This document shows, in pieces, positions 1 to 12,480 of a DNA stretch of 64,000 nt. How positions within the stretch are numbered: position 1 is the first letter of the stretch; every line of letters begins with the position of its first letter. The stretch comes from Dimorphilus gyrociliatus (taxonomy: Eukaryota > Animalia > Annelida). The DNA lies in assembly GCA_904063045.1 (NCBI GenBank), contig CAJFCJ010000002.1, positions 1,386,422-1,450,421 of the forward strand. The letters are read 5' to 3'. Under the pieces are notes generated by a model that was not told the DNA's origin, did no database searches, and saw only the letters and a program-made list of their open reading frames with translations. Made by a program: the position numbers and the translations under genes.

Positions 1-2245
1 AACTAGTAAATCAGCTGCCGGTACCCTTGAGCTTATAAAAATAACTCGAGGATTTTCGTCTTGAGGGAATGTTTTGCTGATTGGCTTATCCGTATTTAGT
101 CTTGTCCTTGCGGATTTTAGAAGGGGATAATTTCCACCTCCTGTTAAATTTGTGCCCGTTTTAATGGGATGTGTTACAGGTACGGGAGGTTCCCATGGCT
201 GCTGCACTAATTCCATCATACGCTTTTCTTTGAAAGATTCAATTTCTAAAGATTGGGATAGCGGAACTCTCTGCGATCTTTGACTAAAATCATATTCTTC
301 TTCAGACTGAAATATACATAAACAATCAAGCATTAATTATGAATGGTGAGCATAATTTATCTTTCTATAAAAGTTAGTACGGTTTTTATTCTATTCTCCG
401 ATTTACGTGATTCACTACGAAGACCGTAGTCAATAAGTTTTGTTGTTGATGGAAGAGATTGAGTCAGCTTGTTTAATTCTATACCAAATTTATTATGATG
501 CAACGTTAACGATTGGGGTATCTAAAAATAATTTGTAATTAGCTAAAAAATTTCCTAAATGTTCCATATTTACGTTAGGATCATTAGGATTAAAGTCATG
601 TAGCATAGCTTTGGCTGTAGATTCCAAATCTTTTGGAACAACGTCTGGAGGATACCAAGGTGGTCTTGTATTTAATACTTCATCTATTAAAAAAGTCGTA
701 AAAATTGAATATTATATATATATTTATATATATATATATATATTCACTACCGTAGTTCCTATACGTTTGGCTGACGCTTTTCCTCAAATCAGTTTTTTGC
801 CTTTTAAGGAAGTTTGTCCCATCTCCGAATCTTCCATAAATTCTCTCCATAGACTAAAATAATTATTATAAAAAAAGCAAAGAATGTATCAATTACTTAT
901 GGAAAAAGAAGAGAAAGAGAGAATAACTGAAAGATTCCTTTTAAAATATTCATCATAAAAAGTAAATCATTGCTCTCTTTTTGTTTGTTTTAATTAATTA
1001 ATAAATTGTTGGATTATTAATAATCAAACAAGATAAATCAATCTAGGTTCTCTTGGGTATCCATCTCTAAGGAATTGCTGGGAAAAGGGTAATAACTATA
1101 ACAATAGAAATCAAAATGCCATAATAAAAATCAATTTGTATAGCTTTTTATTCCTTTTATCTATACAAACTGGATATAAATGGCTTATCACTTTCATTAG
1201 ACTTTCGTGCGTTATCTAGATAAGTTTGTTTGTAAGAGAATACCGAAAAATTAAGTTGTACTGTTTAAAACTACTAACCGGTCCGTCCATATCTAAAGTC
1301 GATATACAACATATGTAGTGCATTTTCCAAGCTGCATTCTCGTTGTTTGAAGGAGTATAAGGTAGATACCATCCTCTCTTTACGCATTTTCCAACCCATA
1401 ATTCGTCATGTTCCGTTAAATACTTCCAATGCCAGCAAACTTGCGCAGCCCTTGAAAGAGATCGAGGATCGAGAAAGGAGAAGATATAGAGAGATAAGAA
1501 TTTCGGTAGTAAATTTGTAAAATCAACATGTTTTAGAGGCACTCTTAGCTGTTGAAAATGGCAGATATGGAATGATTAGATAGTTTTTTACTACGAGTAC
1601 TATCATATTTGCTGACACTTACATCAAACCAATTTTGTATAAAATGGAGTTGGGGCCTTTCGCATTGGCTGAGGATTCTATCAAGAAACTTTTTCCTTTG
1701 AGCATCAGTCCATAGATCAAACTATAAGAATTACAATTCGGGTTAGAAAATTCGAAGGAAAGAGAGAGGGAGAAAAAAGACGATAAGATAAAGAGATAAT
1801 AAACAAAATGAACAGATACTGATAAAGGGATAGACAGATAGAGTTTTTCACAAAGAAATTTTCTCACCCAATTTGATACTAATTCTTTTCTCTCCAAGAA
1901 TATCTGCGTTTTATAGAACGTTTATAGTTTTTCTTTTAGCATAAAAACTGGTGTGACTGCCCTCCTAGAATACTATACCTGTTCGTTTGATGGTTTGTGA
2001 ACAATTGGTGTCCAATTACTATTTTGAGTTTTAAAAGATCTTGATTGGAATTTGCTCTGGGATGATAATTTTTCACGCTTTTGTACCGTGTTCTTTCCCC
2101 ATTTCTTTGAGTGGAAAAATGATAATTTTAGTTTTTTCTAAGGTTATATAGGAACAAAAATTATAATGTATTTACTTACAGCAGTAAGCTGGTTGTTATT
2201 ATCCTTTCTTTTCGTTGACATCATTTTTACTCCGCTGCTTGCCAT
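1..2245 (-). CDS. ECT2L: ECT2-like (F-box-containing) protein, N-terminal part; multi-exon, runs off the left edge
   Basis: Spliced translation MASSGVKMMSTKRKDNNNQLTA..NWTPIVHKPSNEQ|IFLERKELVSNW|FDLWTDAQRKKFLDRILSQCERPQLHFIQNWFD|..DFTNLLPKFLSLYIFSFLDPRSLSRAAQVCWHWKYLTEHDELW..WYLPYTPSNNENAAWKMHY; near base 1 PRVIFISSRVPAADLLV. Matches the remembered ECT2L N-terminus better than FBXO16. Start codon tentative. Confidence 0.8.
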
Positions 2246-2944
2246 GATTCAAAATATTCTCCTGCAAGTTATCTATATCATTAAGTCACGCTTTTCTAAG
2301 CAATCTATAATACTATTAAACCTATGTATTCATATTGGTTTGTTTACGCGCCATGTTCGATCGTCGTCATGTTTACGTTCGAACATCCGGGTGTGAGAAA
2401 ATCGCACGAAACTTTTATTTATGAATGATTGTGGTTAATTTTGCTTGGCCTTTTAGTTAATTTAATTTTTATAAGAACGACCTTGCTGAAATGTTCACTT
2501 CCGGTTGACGCCCAACCGCCAATCAATTTTCAGATAGGGGTCACGTGGTCGTGTGGTGAATAACGTAGGCTTTTCTTAGACATAGGACGATATAGATTTA
2601 GTTTTAGACGCTCGTTCCTTGGCAAGCCTAGAAATAAAGGTAATATAAAATCATTTATATCAATTTTTTTGGTTATTTTATTGTGATAGACGATTAATTG
2701 AGAAGAAGGTTTGACGTTTACTAACGGCAGCCATGTTAGTTTGTGCAAAGTAACAACAAACGCATGCCAACGACGTAAAGCTAGCGTAAACGTAATGAAA
2801 AAAACATTTTAGGATCGAATAAGTTTAAGATAAAAATCAAATGAAATTTAATTGAAGAATAAATCAGGTTTTTCTTTGTTGATATTTTAGAGAAGTTCAT
2901 TCTTTTTTGTTTATGAATTTTGCGTTGTCATTATAGACCAGAAT

Positions 2945-3475
2945 ATGGAATCAAATGCGACATCCGATCAGAATATCGCGTCGTCTTTGTGCAAAATGGG
3001 TTGCGGATTTTACGGATCCGAAGCAACCGAAGGAATGTGCTCGAAGTGCTATAAGGATACAGTAAAACGCCGAACAGAAAATGGAGCTGGACGAGTCAGT
3101 CCTGCTACTTCGAGCGCCGCAGCAACATCGACGTCCTCAACACAAACCGTTCAAACAGCCAAGCCCACCATCGCCACTCCTCCAAAGGAGCAAGAAGAAA
3201 ACGAAGGTTGTCAAGCCGCAGCCAATTCACCCGCGACGACCCCTGAAGAAGAACAGGAAAAAAAGGATGGGAAAAAAACTAAAAAGAATCGATGCTCCAC
3301 GTGCAAAAAGAAAGTTGGTCTGACTGGTTTTGAGTGTAGATGCGGCGGTCTGTATTGCAGTATGCACAGGTATTCGGATAAGCATCAGTGTTCATTCGAC
3401 TACAAAGAATTGGGTGCTGAACAAATAAAGAAAGCTAATCCTGTTGTGAAAGCTGAGAAGATAACGAAAATATGA
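2945..3475 (+). CDS. ZFAND5: A20/AN1 zinc finger protein (ZFAND5/6 family)
   Basis: A20 finger [22 protein letters not shown] and AN1 finger [37 protein letters not shown], ending [12 protein letters not shown]. Single coding exon; ZFAND5 vs ZFAND6 cannot be resolved. Confidence 0.95.
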   Translation: MESNATSDQNIASSLCKMGCGFYGSEATEGMCSKCYKDTVKRRTENGAGRVSPATSSAAATSTSSTQTVQTAKPTIATPPKEQEENEGCQAAANSPATTPEEEQEKKDGKKTKKNRCSTCKKKVGLTGFECRCGGLYCSMHRYSDKHQCSFDYKELGAEQIKKANPVVKAEKITKI

Positions 3476-4294
3476 ATATAATGTTTAATACTAATGACGA
3501 CGCGCCAGACTGTTGCATGTTGTGTCGATTTAGGGAATCGGGCAATGTTCGAAGATAAACAAACTTTAATTATTCTCGCTTTTAATTCATCAATGTATAG
3601 CATGCCATTAAATTTATCTCGCGCGGCAATTATAAATTTTTTTCTTAATCATATTGGCGATTACGTGAAATAGAAACGAGTATATATTTCTATAATCATT
3701 CGTATGAATTAATAAATTTTCACATTTATTAGGATGAAGGAAGGGAATGTTTTTGTCGTTTTAGTGCTACTAGGCCTATCCTAATGAGTGGGCAATTATC
3801 AGCATTTGCAGGCGTATATGCTGTTAAAAAATGGTAGTTACAATAAACGAAAAACATTTGCAAAACAATTAGCCTAATTGAGAGAAATGACGATTTTAAT
3901 GGAGATAAATCACTTAAATGAGGAAGGCAAGCATGAGTTTGGATCATATGCCGCTTCGACGTACGATCAGATATGTTGGTATTTTCGGCGACATTCTTTC
4001 AAACCCGTGTAGTAGTCACCGAACTTCAAGCATATCCTTTCGTGCGATTTCGATTTTGGGCTTTTTTTTATCTGTATATACGAAACAATGTTAACTTGTA
4101 AACGGTCTATTGCTGTTGCATGTTTTATTATTAATTTTATATTTTTGTTATAGTTTTCTTTTAAAAAAAAATAAAAAAAAAAATCGAACGAGGTTCCAGA
4201 TTTTCGAATTCACAGAACGTAACGTCAAGAATATTTAAAACAATAAAAAAATTCTTTTTTTCAGACGTAGTTTCGTTACAGTTCTTTTTAGCGA

Positions 4295-6250
4295 ATGAAA
4301 GGAATAAATAGCCAAGAAAAGACTGTAAAGTCGACTGAAGAGAACGAATCATCGATTAACGAAGCTATTCGTAAGTTTCCTATTGAAAAAAAAAAACAAG
4401 CTCGTCCTAAACAAGGAAAAGGAGGGAAGAAATCGGTTGAAGAAGAAAAAACTTCTACAATATTGGAACAGATTCGCAATATGGACGAAACAAACGAAGA
4501 GGTTAAAGGAAATAGTGATAAAGAAGACTCTCCAATTGTAACTACTTTTTTCGAAACGGCTTCTCCAGGGCCAACTATTACAACGTCAGCTGTACGTTCG
4601 TCCTTGACCGGACCGATTCGAATGAATCGTTCAACGTATATATTACCTACTCAACCGCCGCCTAGTCATTGCAGATATCCACCACCTCCTCCCCCCTCCC
4701 ACGCCTATTACCAACCGTATCCGACTCATTACTGCGGCCGGCTTCCTGGTCGTTGTGTGAGACCCACTAATCCATACCCCAGATATTGTGGCCCACCTCT
4801 AATTGACTTTTCTTTTCCCCATTGCCCAACAAGCTATGAGCAAGAATCAACTAACACTCCTGCAACTGAGGAGAGCAAAGGTAATGAAATTGTTGCAACC
4901 GACACGAAAAAAGAAGATGGAGAGGAATTGAAATCGGGCGAAGAGGAAGGGATGAGTCACAAGGACGAAAGCCTGCAAGATAAAGTCGATGAAAGCGACG
5001 ACAGATTCAGCTTTCGACGAATGCTTTTTGAAGAGAACGCTGAGAACGGAGCACAAGGGCAACAAGCGCCACCTAGACGATATTCCAAAATTCAAACGTC
5101 TATTGATGCCATATCCGCACCTATTATGCCGCCCCCGCCCCCACCACATCCGTCTTTTGTATACAGACCTATGTTTGACTTTGAGCATAATCAGTTAGAA
5201 GAAGACGTTGTAACCAAAACCCATAGAAATAGAGATGAACAAGAAGAAGAAATAAGGGAGAGACAACGTACTATATCGCAAATACTCAACTCAGATTCAG
5301 ACAGAGATACTGCACGCTACGAGCTAGACACTTTAATGGTTATTTACATCGAGTATATCCTTCTCGATACAAAGAGCATTTTAGGTAGACCATCGCAAGA
5401 TATCGTCAGGCATTTTGCAGCTTCAATATATGATGAGATAAAGTGCATGCAAAAGCTTTTAACTGGCAAATCTATGCATATGACGCATAGAATACGTCAA
5501 TTTTTATCTATTCATAGTATTAGTTTTGACTCTCTTATGAAATTAACAAGGAAAATACAAGCTGCTTCAGCTGGTAACTTTTCAAATAAGCAGGTATTTA
5601 GTTCAATCGACGGGGGAGGAGGATCTACTCATAGTAATGGACAAGCTAGAAGATATATTCGACCATCGCTTGTTGGCGAACCAAAAAGATCTGGAAAACG
5701 TCAAAAGAAGAATAATTACAAGACTGTAATTGGTGAAGAAAGTATTGACTCTTCCACGGATAGCGAAGTTGAGCTTAGATGCGGTATCCCTCCGTCTGAT
5801 TGCAACTCGCCAACTCCTATAGACTTGGCTAGAATCAAGGCAGAAAGTTGCCTAGAAGAAGTTCAAGCAGATTCAACTAATGCAATAGTTATGGTTGACG
5901 ACCCAGTTATGGGTGCCAATGTTGCCGCCGACGTTGTTGTTGGAACCGATACGTCATCATCTCATCACATAACCGATAATATGCAAATTCTTAGTGCAGA
6001 TATCGCTGAACACATCTTTTCCGCGGATCAAATAGAGATGCTTGCTGAGCACGCTTCATTGTTATTACAAAACGAGGATGCATGCGAGGAATTTATGATA
6101 GAGGACGATAAGCGAACTACTCATGACGATCCCATTACACCAAATGAAGAAGTGATAAAAGATAATAGAAATAGACGAGGAAGGAAGAAATTAAGCAAAA
6201 AATTGACGAAAGATAAGAGAAAATTTAAGAAATCAAGGGAAATTGAATAA
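4295..6250 (+). CDS. Uncharacterised 651-aa intronless protein (Pro/Tyr-rich and acidic regions, basic C-terminus)
   Basis: 1956-nt uninterrupted ORF in AT-rich DNA, far too long for chance; no recognisable family. Confidence 0.8.
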   Translation: MKGINSQEKTVKSTEENESSINEAIRKFPIEKKKQARPKQGKGGKKSVEEEKTSTILEQIRNMDETNEEVKGNSDKEDSPIVTTFFETASPGPTITTSAVRSSLTGPIRMNRSTYILPTQPPPSHCRYPPPPPPSHAYYQPYPTHYCGRLPGRCVRPTNPYPRYCGPPLIDFSFPHCPTSYEQESTNTPATEESKGNEIVATDTKKEDGEELKSGEEEGMSHKDESLQDKVDESDDRFSFRRMLFEENAENGAQGQQAPPRRYSKIQTSIDAISAPIMPPPPPPHPSFVYRPMFDFEHNQLEEDVVTKTHRNRDEQEEEIRERQRTISQILNSDSDRDTARYELDTLMVIYIEYILLDTKSILGRPSQDIVRHFAASIYDEIKCMQKLLTGKSMHMTHRIRQFLSIHSISFDSLMKLTRKIQAASAGNFSNKQVFSSIDGGGGSTHSNGQARRYIRPSLVGEPKRSGKRQKKNNYKTVIGEESIDSSTDSEVELRCGIPPSDCNSPTPIDLARIKAESCLEEVQADSTNAIVMVDDPVMGANVAADVVVGTDTSSSHHITDNMQILSADIAEHIFSADQIEMLAEHASLLLQNEDACEEFMIEDDKRTTHDDPITPNEEVIKDNRNRRGRKKLSKKLTKDKRKFKKSREIE

Positions 6251-6390
6251 ATTTTTTTATTCTTACTCATAACCCCATGTTTTTATCTCCCTATTTAATT
6301 AATCGTTTGAAAATCTTGTTTGTTGTATTTTTTTTCTTGTTTTTTTACTCTCATATAAAGAATTAATTAAAAATCCCATCCAATAACCAA

Positions 6391-8035
6391 TCAGCTAAGT
6401 AGATCTGTTGCGACAGCATTTAAAATTGTTTTGATGAAAATTGAAAAATACATTTTAACTTAAAGAATAAAATTGTTATACCTTTTTGAAATGAGAGAGT
6501 TTCTGCAAATTTTATGAGATCCTTGGCATTCGACGAATACCAGCTCATGTAGAAAATTAATTTCTTTGAAATTTGAAAAAATTGCTTTATATCTCTTTTC
6601 TCTTTTTCTCTGTTTGGAGATTGTTTGTTTTCTGAAAGAGAAATGTTATAATTTATAAATATAACAATAAGATATAAGTAAAACCTTTTAATTCTTTAAT
6701 ACTGTTATCAAAAATTCTTTTCATGTCATTTAACGCCAGTAATATTAAATTATCCTTTTCATTTAAGATTGAAGATTCTTTTAATATGTGGCAGGTATCC
6801 ATCAAACAAGTTTTAACTATGGATTCTCCTGTTTTCTGAAAGGAGAATGGAAAATGAAAGAGAGCGTCAAAATGGAATTTTTGTATAACCTTTTTTCCTT
6901 CGTCAACTTTGAGGGCTTTCGAAAAAGAGCTTAAACTTGACGCTATATCTATGAATGTTTCATTACAGGCAAGAGGTCCGCATATTCCTTGAACTTCCTT
7001 TTAAAAAGAAACAAGATACTATTATATACTTAGGAAATCAATTGAATTTGCTTCGGAGAAAAATCATTGACAAACCTGAGCGGCTTCTGATGATAAATCG
7101 ATGTAATCGCCGTTAAATCTACGACATATATAGCAGTAACAGAGAAGAGTATTTAGTATAGAATACGCCAGGGTCTTAGATGGTTCTTTCTGGGGAAAAG
7201 ATGTTTAAAATTGGCTTTTTTTTTAAGTAGATTACTAAAGTAAAATACTAACTTTTAGTAAAGTCTGTAGGGGAAGTATTTCTTCCGTTAAATTAGGCCT
7301 TAAGTTGACAGATTCATACCACCAAGGATTCCAAGGTTCCACAAAGGCATTACCCTTCTTACAAAGTCTTTCGAATTCTGATTTCTCCTCGTCAGTTAGC
7401 TTTGACCAGAGCTCTTCAGTATCATTATCTATAAAAGAGGGAAATTTTACTACAATTTAATTATAGGATTGCTTAATCAACCTAAATCTAATCCTTCAAT
7501 TCGATCCTCAAGCGATTCAATATTAAGATCTACAAAAAGAACGAGTAAAATAAATTAATAAGATTAACTTTTAATTAAAAAAAAAAGAAGCAATAAGTTA
7601 CCTGGATCCTCGTCTTTTCTCATTTTATTAAGAATTTCTATCATTTTCCTCTTGTTGCCGTCACTGAAATTTTTTTACGTTGGATGATATATGTACGAAT
7701 GTATTGAAAAAGATTAAGAATTTGAATGAATTACCACTTACTCATTATTCATATCCTTTAGACCTTCGACGAAACATTCCTTATAAAAATTTTCTGAACA
7801 ATTCAAGTGCTTTTCACCTTTATAACAAACCAAAGAACAATAAGGGTAATTACATTTTGGACATGTGTATTTTGCTTCCTTTTCCTGACAGCTGTGGAGA
7901 TGGAATATATTTATTATCTTATATTAATGATTGTTCATAATACGAATAGAATGTTCTAAGAATGTTCTATGTGTACAATTTCTTAACTATTCGAACTTAC
8001 AAGAAGCACTTTTTCATTTCTTCCTTTTCTGTCAT
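6391..8035 (-). CDS. ZNHIT2: Zinc finger HIT domain-containing protein 2
   Basis: Spliced: MTEKEEMKKCF|.CQEKEAKYTCPKCNYPYCSLVCYKGEKHLNCSENFYKECF..ELWSKLTDEEKSEFERL..VEPWNPWW..SKKLIFYMSW. Missed by the ORF track; last exon (DLLS*) tentative. Confidence 0.88.
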
Positions 8036-8748
8036 TTCAAAATGTTGTTTTTCCTCTTGTTTAGGATTATGCCGAAATTCAATTATAAAGTTGACAGATA
8101 ATTCAGCATTCGGGTAATAGATCAATGAGTTTTAAATTTAAGTTTTTGAACCATTAAATATATTGTATGCTTTATATTTGAAGCGATTCAGTAAATACAA
8201 AGCGGAGTGATTACGTCGAGCGATAAAAGCAGAAAAACCTCAAGAGCATTGTCTAAAGCGCCATCTACTGCATAACAATTCATATTTCTAGAGTCAAATT
8301 GGGAAGTTTATACTGTATAATATTTAATTTAATTAAAAAAGGGTAAAAGTATCACATTAAACAGCTCTTTATGGACTAAATGTATTGATCTTTTTTTTTA
8401 TATGCACCACACGATTGCAGTAAAAAGAATCCTTTATGGTTCCTTTAAATTACAACATCAACCGATTTTTAAGTAATCAGCTAATAGTCTGCTATGCTTA
8501 TGAACTGTTTATAAGATTCAGTAGTTTCCTATCTGTCGGAGCGAAATTAATAAGTCAGAGGCATTATTACAAAATTCAAAATGATTTCAGAAACGCATTT
8601 TATTACAAGACTACTAAACAATTATGTTCGTATGCGAATTCTTATGCGTTCTTATTCAGAGGTTAATTTCAGTGGACGACGTTAAAGACCTGTGATTGAA
8701 AATAAAGAGATCAAAAATAAATATTCAAATACTTTAAGAACACTTACA

Positions 8749-9078
8749 TCAATCCTTCAAAAGTTGATGACGGACGAGCAAAAATGGTGCTCCTAAACCG
8801 CTGGCAAAGTAAATTGTGAAAAGTGCTGTCAATTTATAGCGATTGTTGATACCAAACGGCAAATTCTGCAAAGCACGAAACGGTAAGGTCAAGGTAAATC
8901 AAGGTTACAACCAAAAACATGTTTTAACAAAAAAAGTTTACACTTTTCTTGCAGAAAAATTTAAGAAAGTGTATCTTACTGTTCCTGGAATACCCTGTTG
9001 TTGCCAGTGTTGACTCCTTCGAACGGTTGCCGTAGAAAATTGACGAGCAAAAAGCATCATTCGTCCGACAGACGCCAT
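8749..9078 (-). CDS. COX7C: Cytochrome c oxidase subunit 7C (exons 9078-8980, 8865-8749)
   Basis: MASVGRMMLFARQFSTATVRRSQHWQQQGIPGT|NLPFGINNRYKLTALFTIYFASGLGAPFLLVRHQLLKD*; canonical GT-AG sites. Confidence 0.95.
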
Positions 9079-9213
9079 TTTTATTTTCCCAGTGAATTGT
9101 AGTATAGCGCGAACAGGATTTCCGGTTATCATGGAACTAAAGAAAAATAACTGGTGCGGCGTGACCACGAAATATACGATTTCAAATCGTAGCTTATATT
9201 TTTATAATAACGC

Positions 9214-10343
9214 ATGGCAAAACCGATCGCCGAAAAATTATTGAATACAATCGATTGTAAGCAGAATGCTGTTCGGGCAGTGCGATACAATAGTAAGTAC
9301 ATAACACATTTCACTTATTTATTAATAAATATCCATGTTCAGCTGATGGTCAATATTGTATGACTTGCGGGAGTAATAATCAATTGAAATTATGGAACCC
9401 AAAACGAGGGAGTCTGTTGGCTACATATTCAGGCCATGGTCAGGAAGTCATGGATGCTGCTGCAGCCTGCGATAATGCTCAATTAGTGTCCTGTGGCCTA
9501 GATAAAAATGTCATATTATGGGATGTAGCAGATGCAAGGGTTGTTAGGAAATTTCGAGGACATGCTGGTTGTGTAAATTGTGTAAGATTTAATGAAGAAG
9601 CTACAATAGTAATATCTGCCTCATTGGACGGTTCAGTACGAATATGGGACTGTAAGAGCAATCGAGTAATTCAAGTTTTAGATGAAGCAAAAGATAGTGT
9701 GACGAGTTTATGGATAAATAATCATGAAATCTTAACTGGCTCAGTTGACGGACGTCTTCGTAAATACGACATAAGACAAGGTCAACTATTTGAAGATTAC
9801 TTAGGAAGTAAATATTTACAACTTAATTAGAATTCTCTTTAAATATCTAATATTTTAATAGGACCAATAAATTGCGTGTCAATGACAAGGGATGAACAGT
9901 GTTTGTTGGCCTCGTCTCTTGATAGTACAGTTAGACTCTTTGATAAACAAACAGGAGAATTATTAAACAGGTAAGTGATATTCAATCTTTTTAATTTAGA
10001 CATTTGATATACGCTGTTTCTCTTCAGCTACGAAAGTCACAAAAATACTCAATTTAAAATCGACTGTTGCTTAAACAATTTCGACACTCATATCATTTGT
10101 GGGTCTGAGGACGGATGCGTTTATACTTGGGACCTAGTTAAGGTAGATGCATAAAACTTCCCTTCCAGAAAGTGTTTAACAAACTCGTTCTTTCAGGCAA
10201 CTGTCACTGTTAAACTACTTCACAAAGGTGTTGGAGTAGTCTCATCACTTTCTCCTCACCCATCTGAACCGATGCTTCTAACAGCCGCAGAGAAAAAAGT
10301 ATTTTTGTGGGGTCCTAAAGATGACGATGAACAAACTACTTAA
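9214..10343 (+). CDS. WDR83: WD repeat protein 83 (MORG1)
   Basis: MAKPIAEKLLNTIDCKQNAVRAVRYN|..CMTCGSNNQLKLWNPKRGSLLATYSGHGQEVMDAA..VVRKFRGHAGCVNCVRFNEEATIVISASLD..HEILTGSVDGRLRKYDIR; five exons. Confidence 0.95.
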
Positions 10344-10456
10344 TTAGAAACTGAATATATTAAATTAAAAAAAAATATTAAAACAAATAGTTTGATTTCT
10401 CAGGTAAAATATAAAATAAATATAAAAACGAAGAATAAAAGCGATACTTTAACAAA

Positions 10457-12164
10457 TTAAAATTGCTGAAGTTCAGAGATTGGTTGCTCTGTAGTACAGA
10501 TAGTGTTATGGGACGTTGTCACGGTCGAATTATTATAATTTGCTTGATAGGTCCCATAAGCAGATGACGGATAAACATAATAAGCTTGAGATGAATTTCC
10601 ATAAGTGTTGTCATAAATGTATTGGTCACCATACCACGCTTGAGTTGCTGTCCAATTGCACTTAGATGATGATGATGATCTTGAGATTGTAGCTTCGTTG
10701 TCAGGCTTTGACGCTGCTGTCGATTTACGGCTTTTACCTGGTTTTCTGCCTCGTTTTGAGGTTGGCTGCTCTCCCTGATTGAATGACTTTGATCCCGAAA
10801 TCAAACCTCGTCGTCTTCTGGTTTGAACATTTCGCAAAAGATCTTTACGTCCTCTCCTGAAGAACATGTGTTTAAAAATAAATTTCCCATCCTGTTGCTC
10901 ATCCCAAACAAAACCATATTCTCGCATTTGTCGTCTCATATTTTCGAATCTGTTAACTTGCACAAGCCGGGGATGCTTTGACATAACCTATAATACATAA
11001 AAGCTTTCTCCTTGTTTAAATGAAGTACTGAAGCAAAAACCTCTCTATCAAATTTAGCAGGTTCAATTTCTACGGATTTCCCATCTTCAGTCCAAACTAT
11101 TACTTCACTATTCGGGTCATTAGCTGCTTTCCATAACTTTGTTGGAAACCTCTCCAATTCGTCATGATTTCTAATATCGGCAGCTATGTAAGTTTAAAAC
11201 TTTTAATTTTACGGTAAAGGATATAAAATAGATTATTTACCTTCTTCACTGCTAAGAGTTCTCTCAACGTTCAACCCATGCTTTATTCTAGTCAAATCAT
11301 ATACCTCACTTTCATCTTCTTGCTTTTCGGTTTTGGTTTGAAGTATTATTTGACTATTTTCCATTGTTGAGTTGTTATGATACATTTCGTTGGGAAAGCC
11401 ATCATGAAGGCTTATAGTTGTATAGGTCTGATCAACGTCTTTTGGACTAGAGGTGAATGGACACCCTCCATCTGTTAAGTTACACCTTTATCATATTCAT
11501 ACATATAGCAAGAAACAAACCTTTAAAATTTGAAGTTTGATTAATAGTTACGTTCATACCCTCTCTATCGTTCAACTGTTCTTCATAATAAATCATAACA
11601 CCAGGGTTCTGTATATCCATCTGATAAGGTAAAGTTTGATTCGCGTCTAATCGAAGGAAGAATTTACTTTTAAAATTCGCTAAATAGCTAGATGTATTAT
11701 AAATTTCTACCTTTCAATGGAAGAAAATTTATTTCTTCTGCTGTTATAGTTGAAGTCAAATCATGAGACGTAGTCATTGGCTCAGGAGATAGGGAATTTG
11801 AAACAGTTTCTTCCGAAGCTTCACTAAATGATTGATCTGTTTAAACATATTTAAAGTAACAATATTAAAGGTATAGTGAAAAGTAGAAAAGACGAAAAAC
11901 TTAAGATATGTGTTACTATTTTACGAATATTCTAAGATAAATAAATAATTCTAAGAATAAATAATCACTCTGTAAAGATTTGAGATATTGAAACTTACCA
12001 CATAAGTAAGAACTAGCTTCTTCATTAGACTGTTGGCTTCGATCATCTTCATTATTTATCTTCATTGAAACATCTTTACCGTCCGAAGTTGAGCTGGATA
12101 TCTCATTGAAGCACAATAATGGAACATTGGGTTTTATTCTTTTTCCCTGAGCAAAGGCCTTCAT
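10457..12164 (-). CDS. Divergent HSF-type DNA-binding domain protein (HSF5/HSFY-like)
   Basis: RFPTKLWKAANDPNSEVIVWTEDGKSVEIEPAKFDRE|..FENMRRQMREYGF..FKHMFFRRGRKDLLRNVQTR follows the HSF winged-helix pattern (F.KLW / W..G / RQ...YGF / F.H..F.RG...LL). Start codon tentative. Confidence 0.78.
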
Positions 12165-12470
12165 TTTCCAAAAGTTATAAAATATCTTAAAAACTACACA
12201 TGGGGAAGAATCTAATTACGTAACGTTAGCGATTAATAAATTATCCCACCCAGAAACTTCTAACTTTCAAACGTAACGTGGAACTTTTAAGTTTAGAAGA
12301 TTCAGTTGCGTGAAAAGCTAAAATATTTGGATCATATTACTTATTGAGTCAAATAAATTGTACATTTATATTTTTTAAAGAACTCACTATCAGGATTAAA
12401 AAGGATGGCGAAAAGATTAACAATAGAACCGGAGGCCACTTCGAATAAAAGAATTGAAATGTTCCTTCCG

Positions 12471-12480
12471 TTGGCGCGAA
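12471..12480. promoter_or_regulatory. E2F-type site TTGGCGCGAA upstream of the HSF-like gene
   Basis: Consensus match in a GC-rich patch about 300 bp upstream of the putative ATG. Confidence 0.35.

Noticed and set aside
611-862. ORFs containing YIYIYI or SLSLSL runs (also 23973-24241, 46490-46750 tail)
   Set aside because: Artefacts of (TA)n/(CT)n microsatellites and intron read-through.
7680-7940. 86-aa + strand ORF
   Set aside because: Antisense shadow of the ZNHIT2 zinc-finger exon.
7948-7969. (AGAATGTTCTA)x2 HSE-like tandem in ZNHIT2 intron 1
   Set aside because: The 3-nt gap breaks the alternating nGAAn register.
8866-8979. snoRNA in the longer COX7C intron
   Set aside because: No C/D or H/ACA boxes found.
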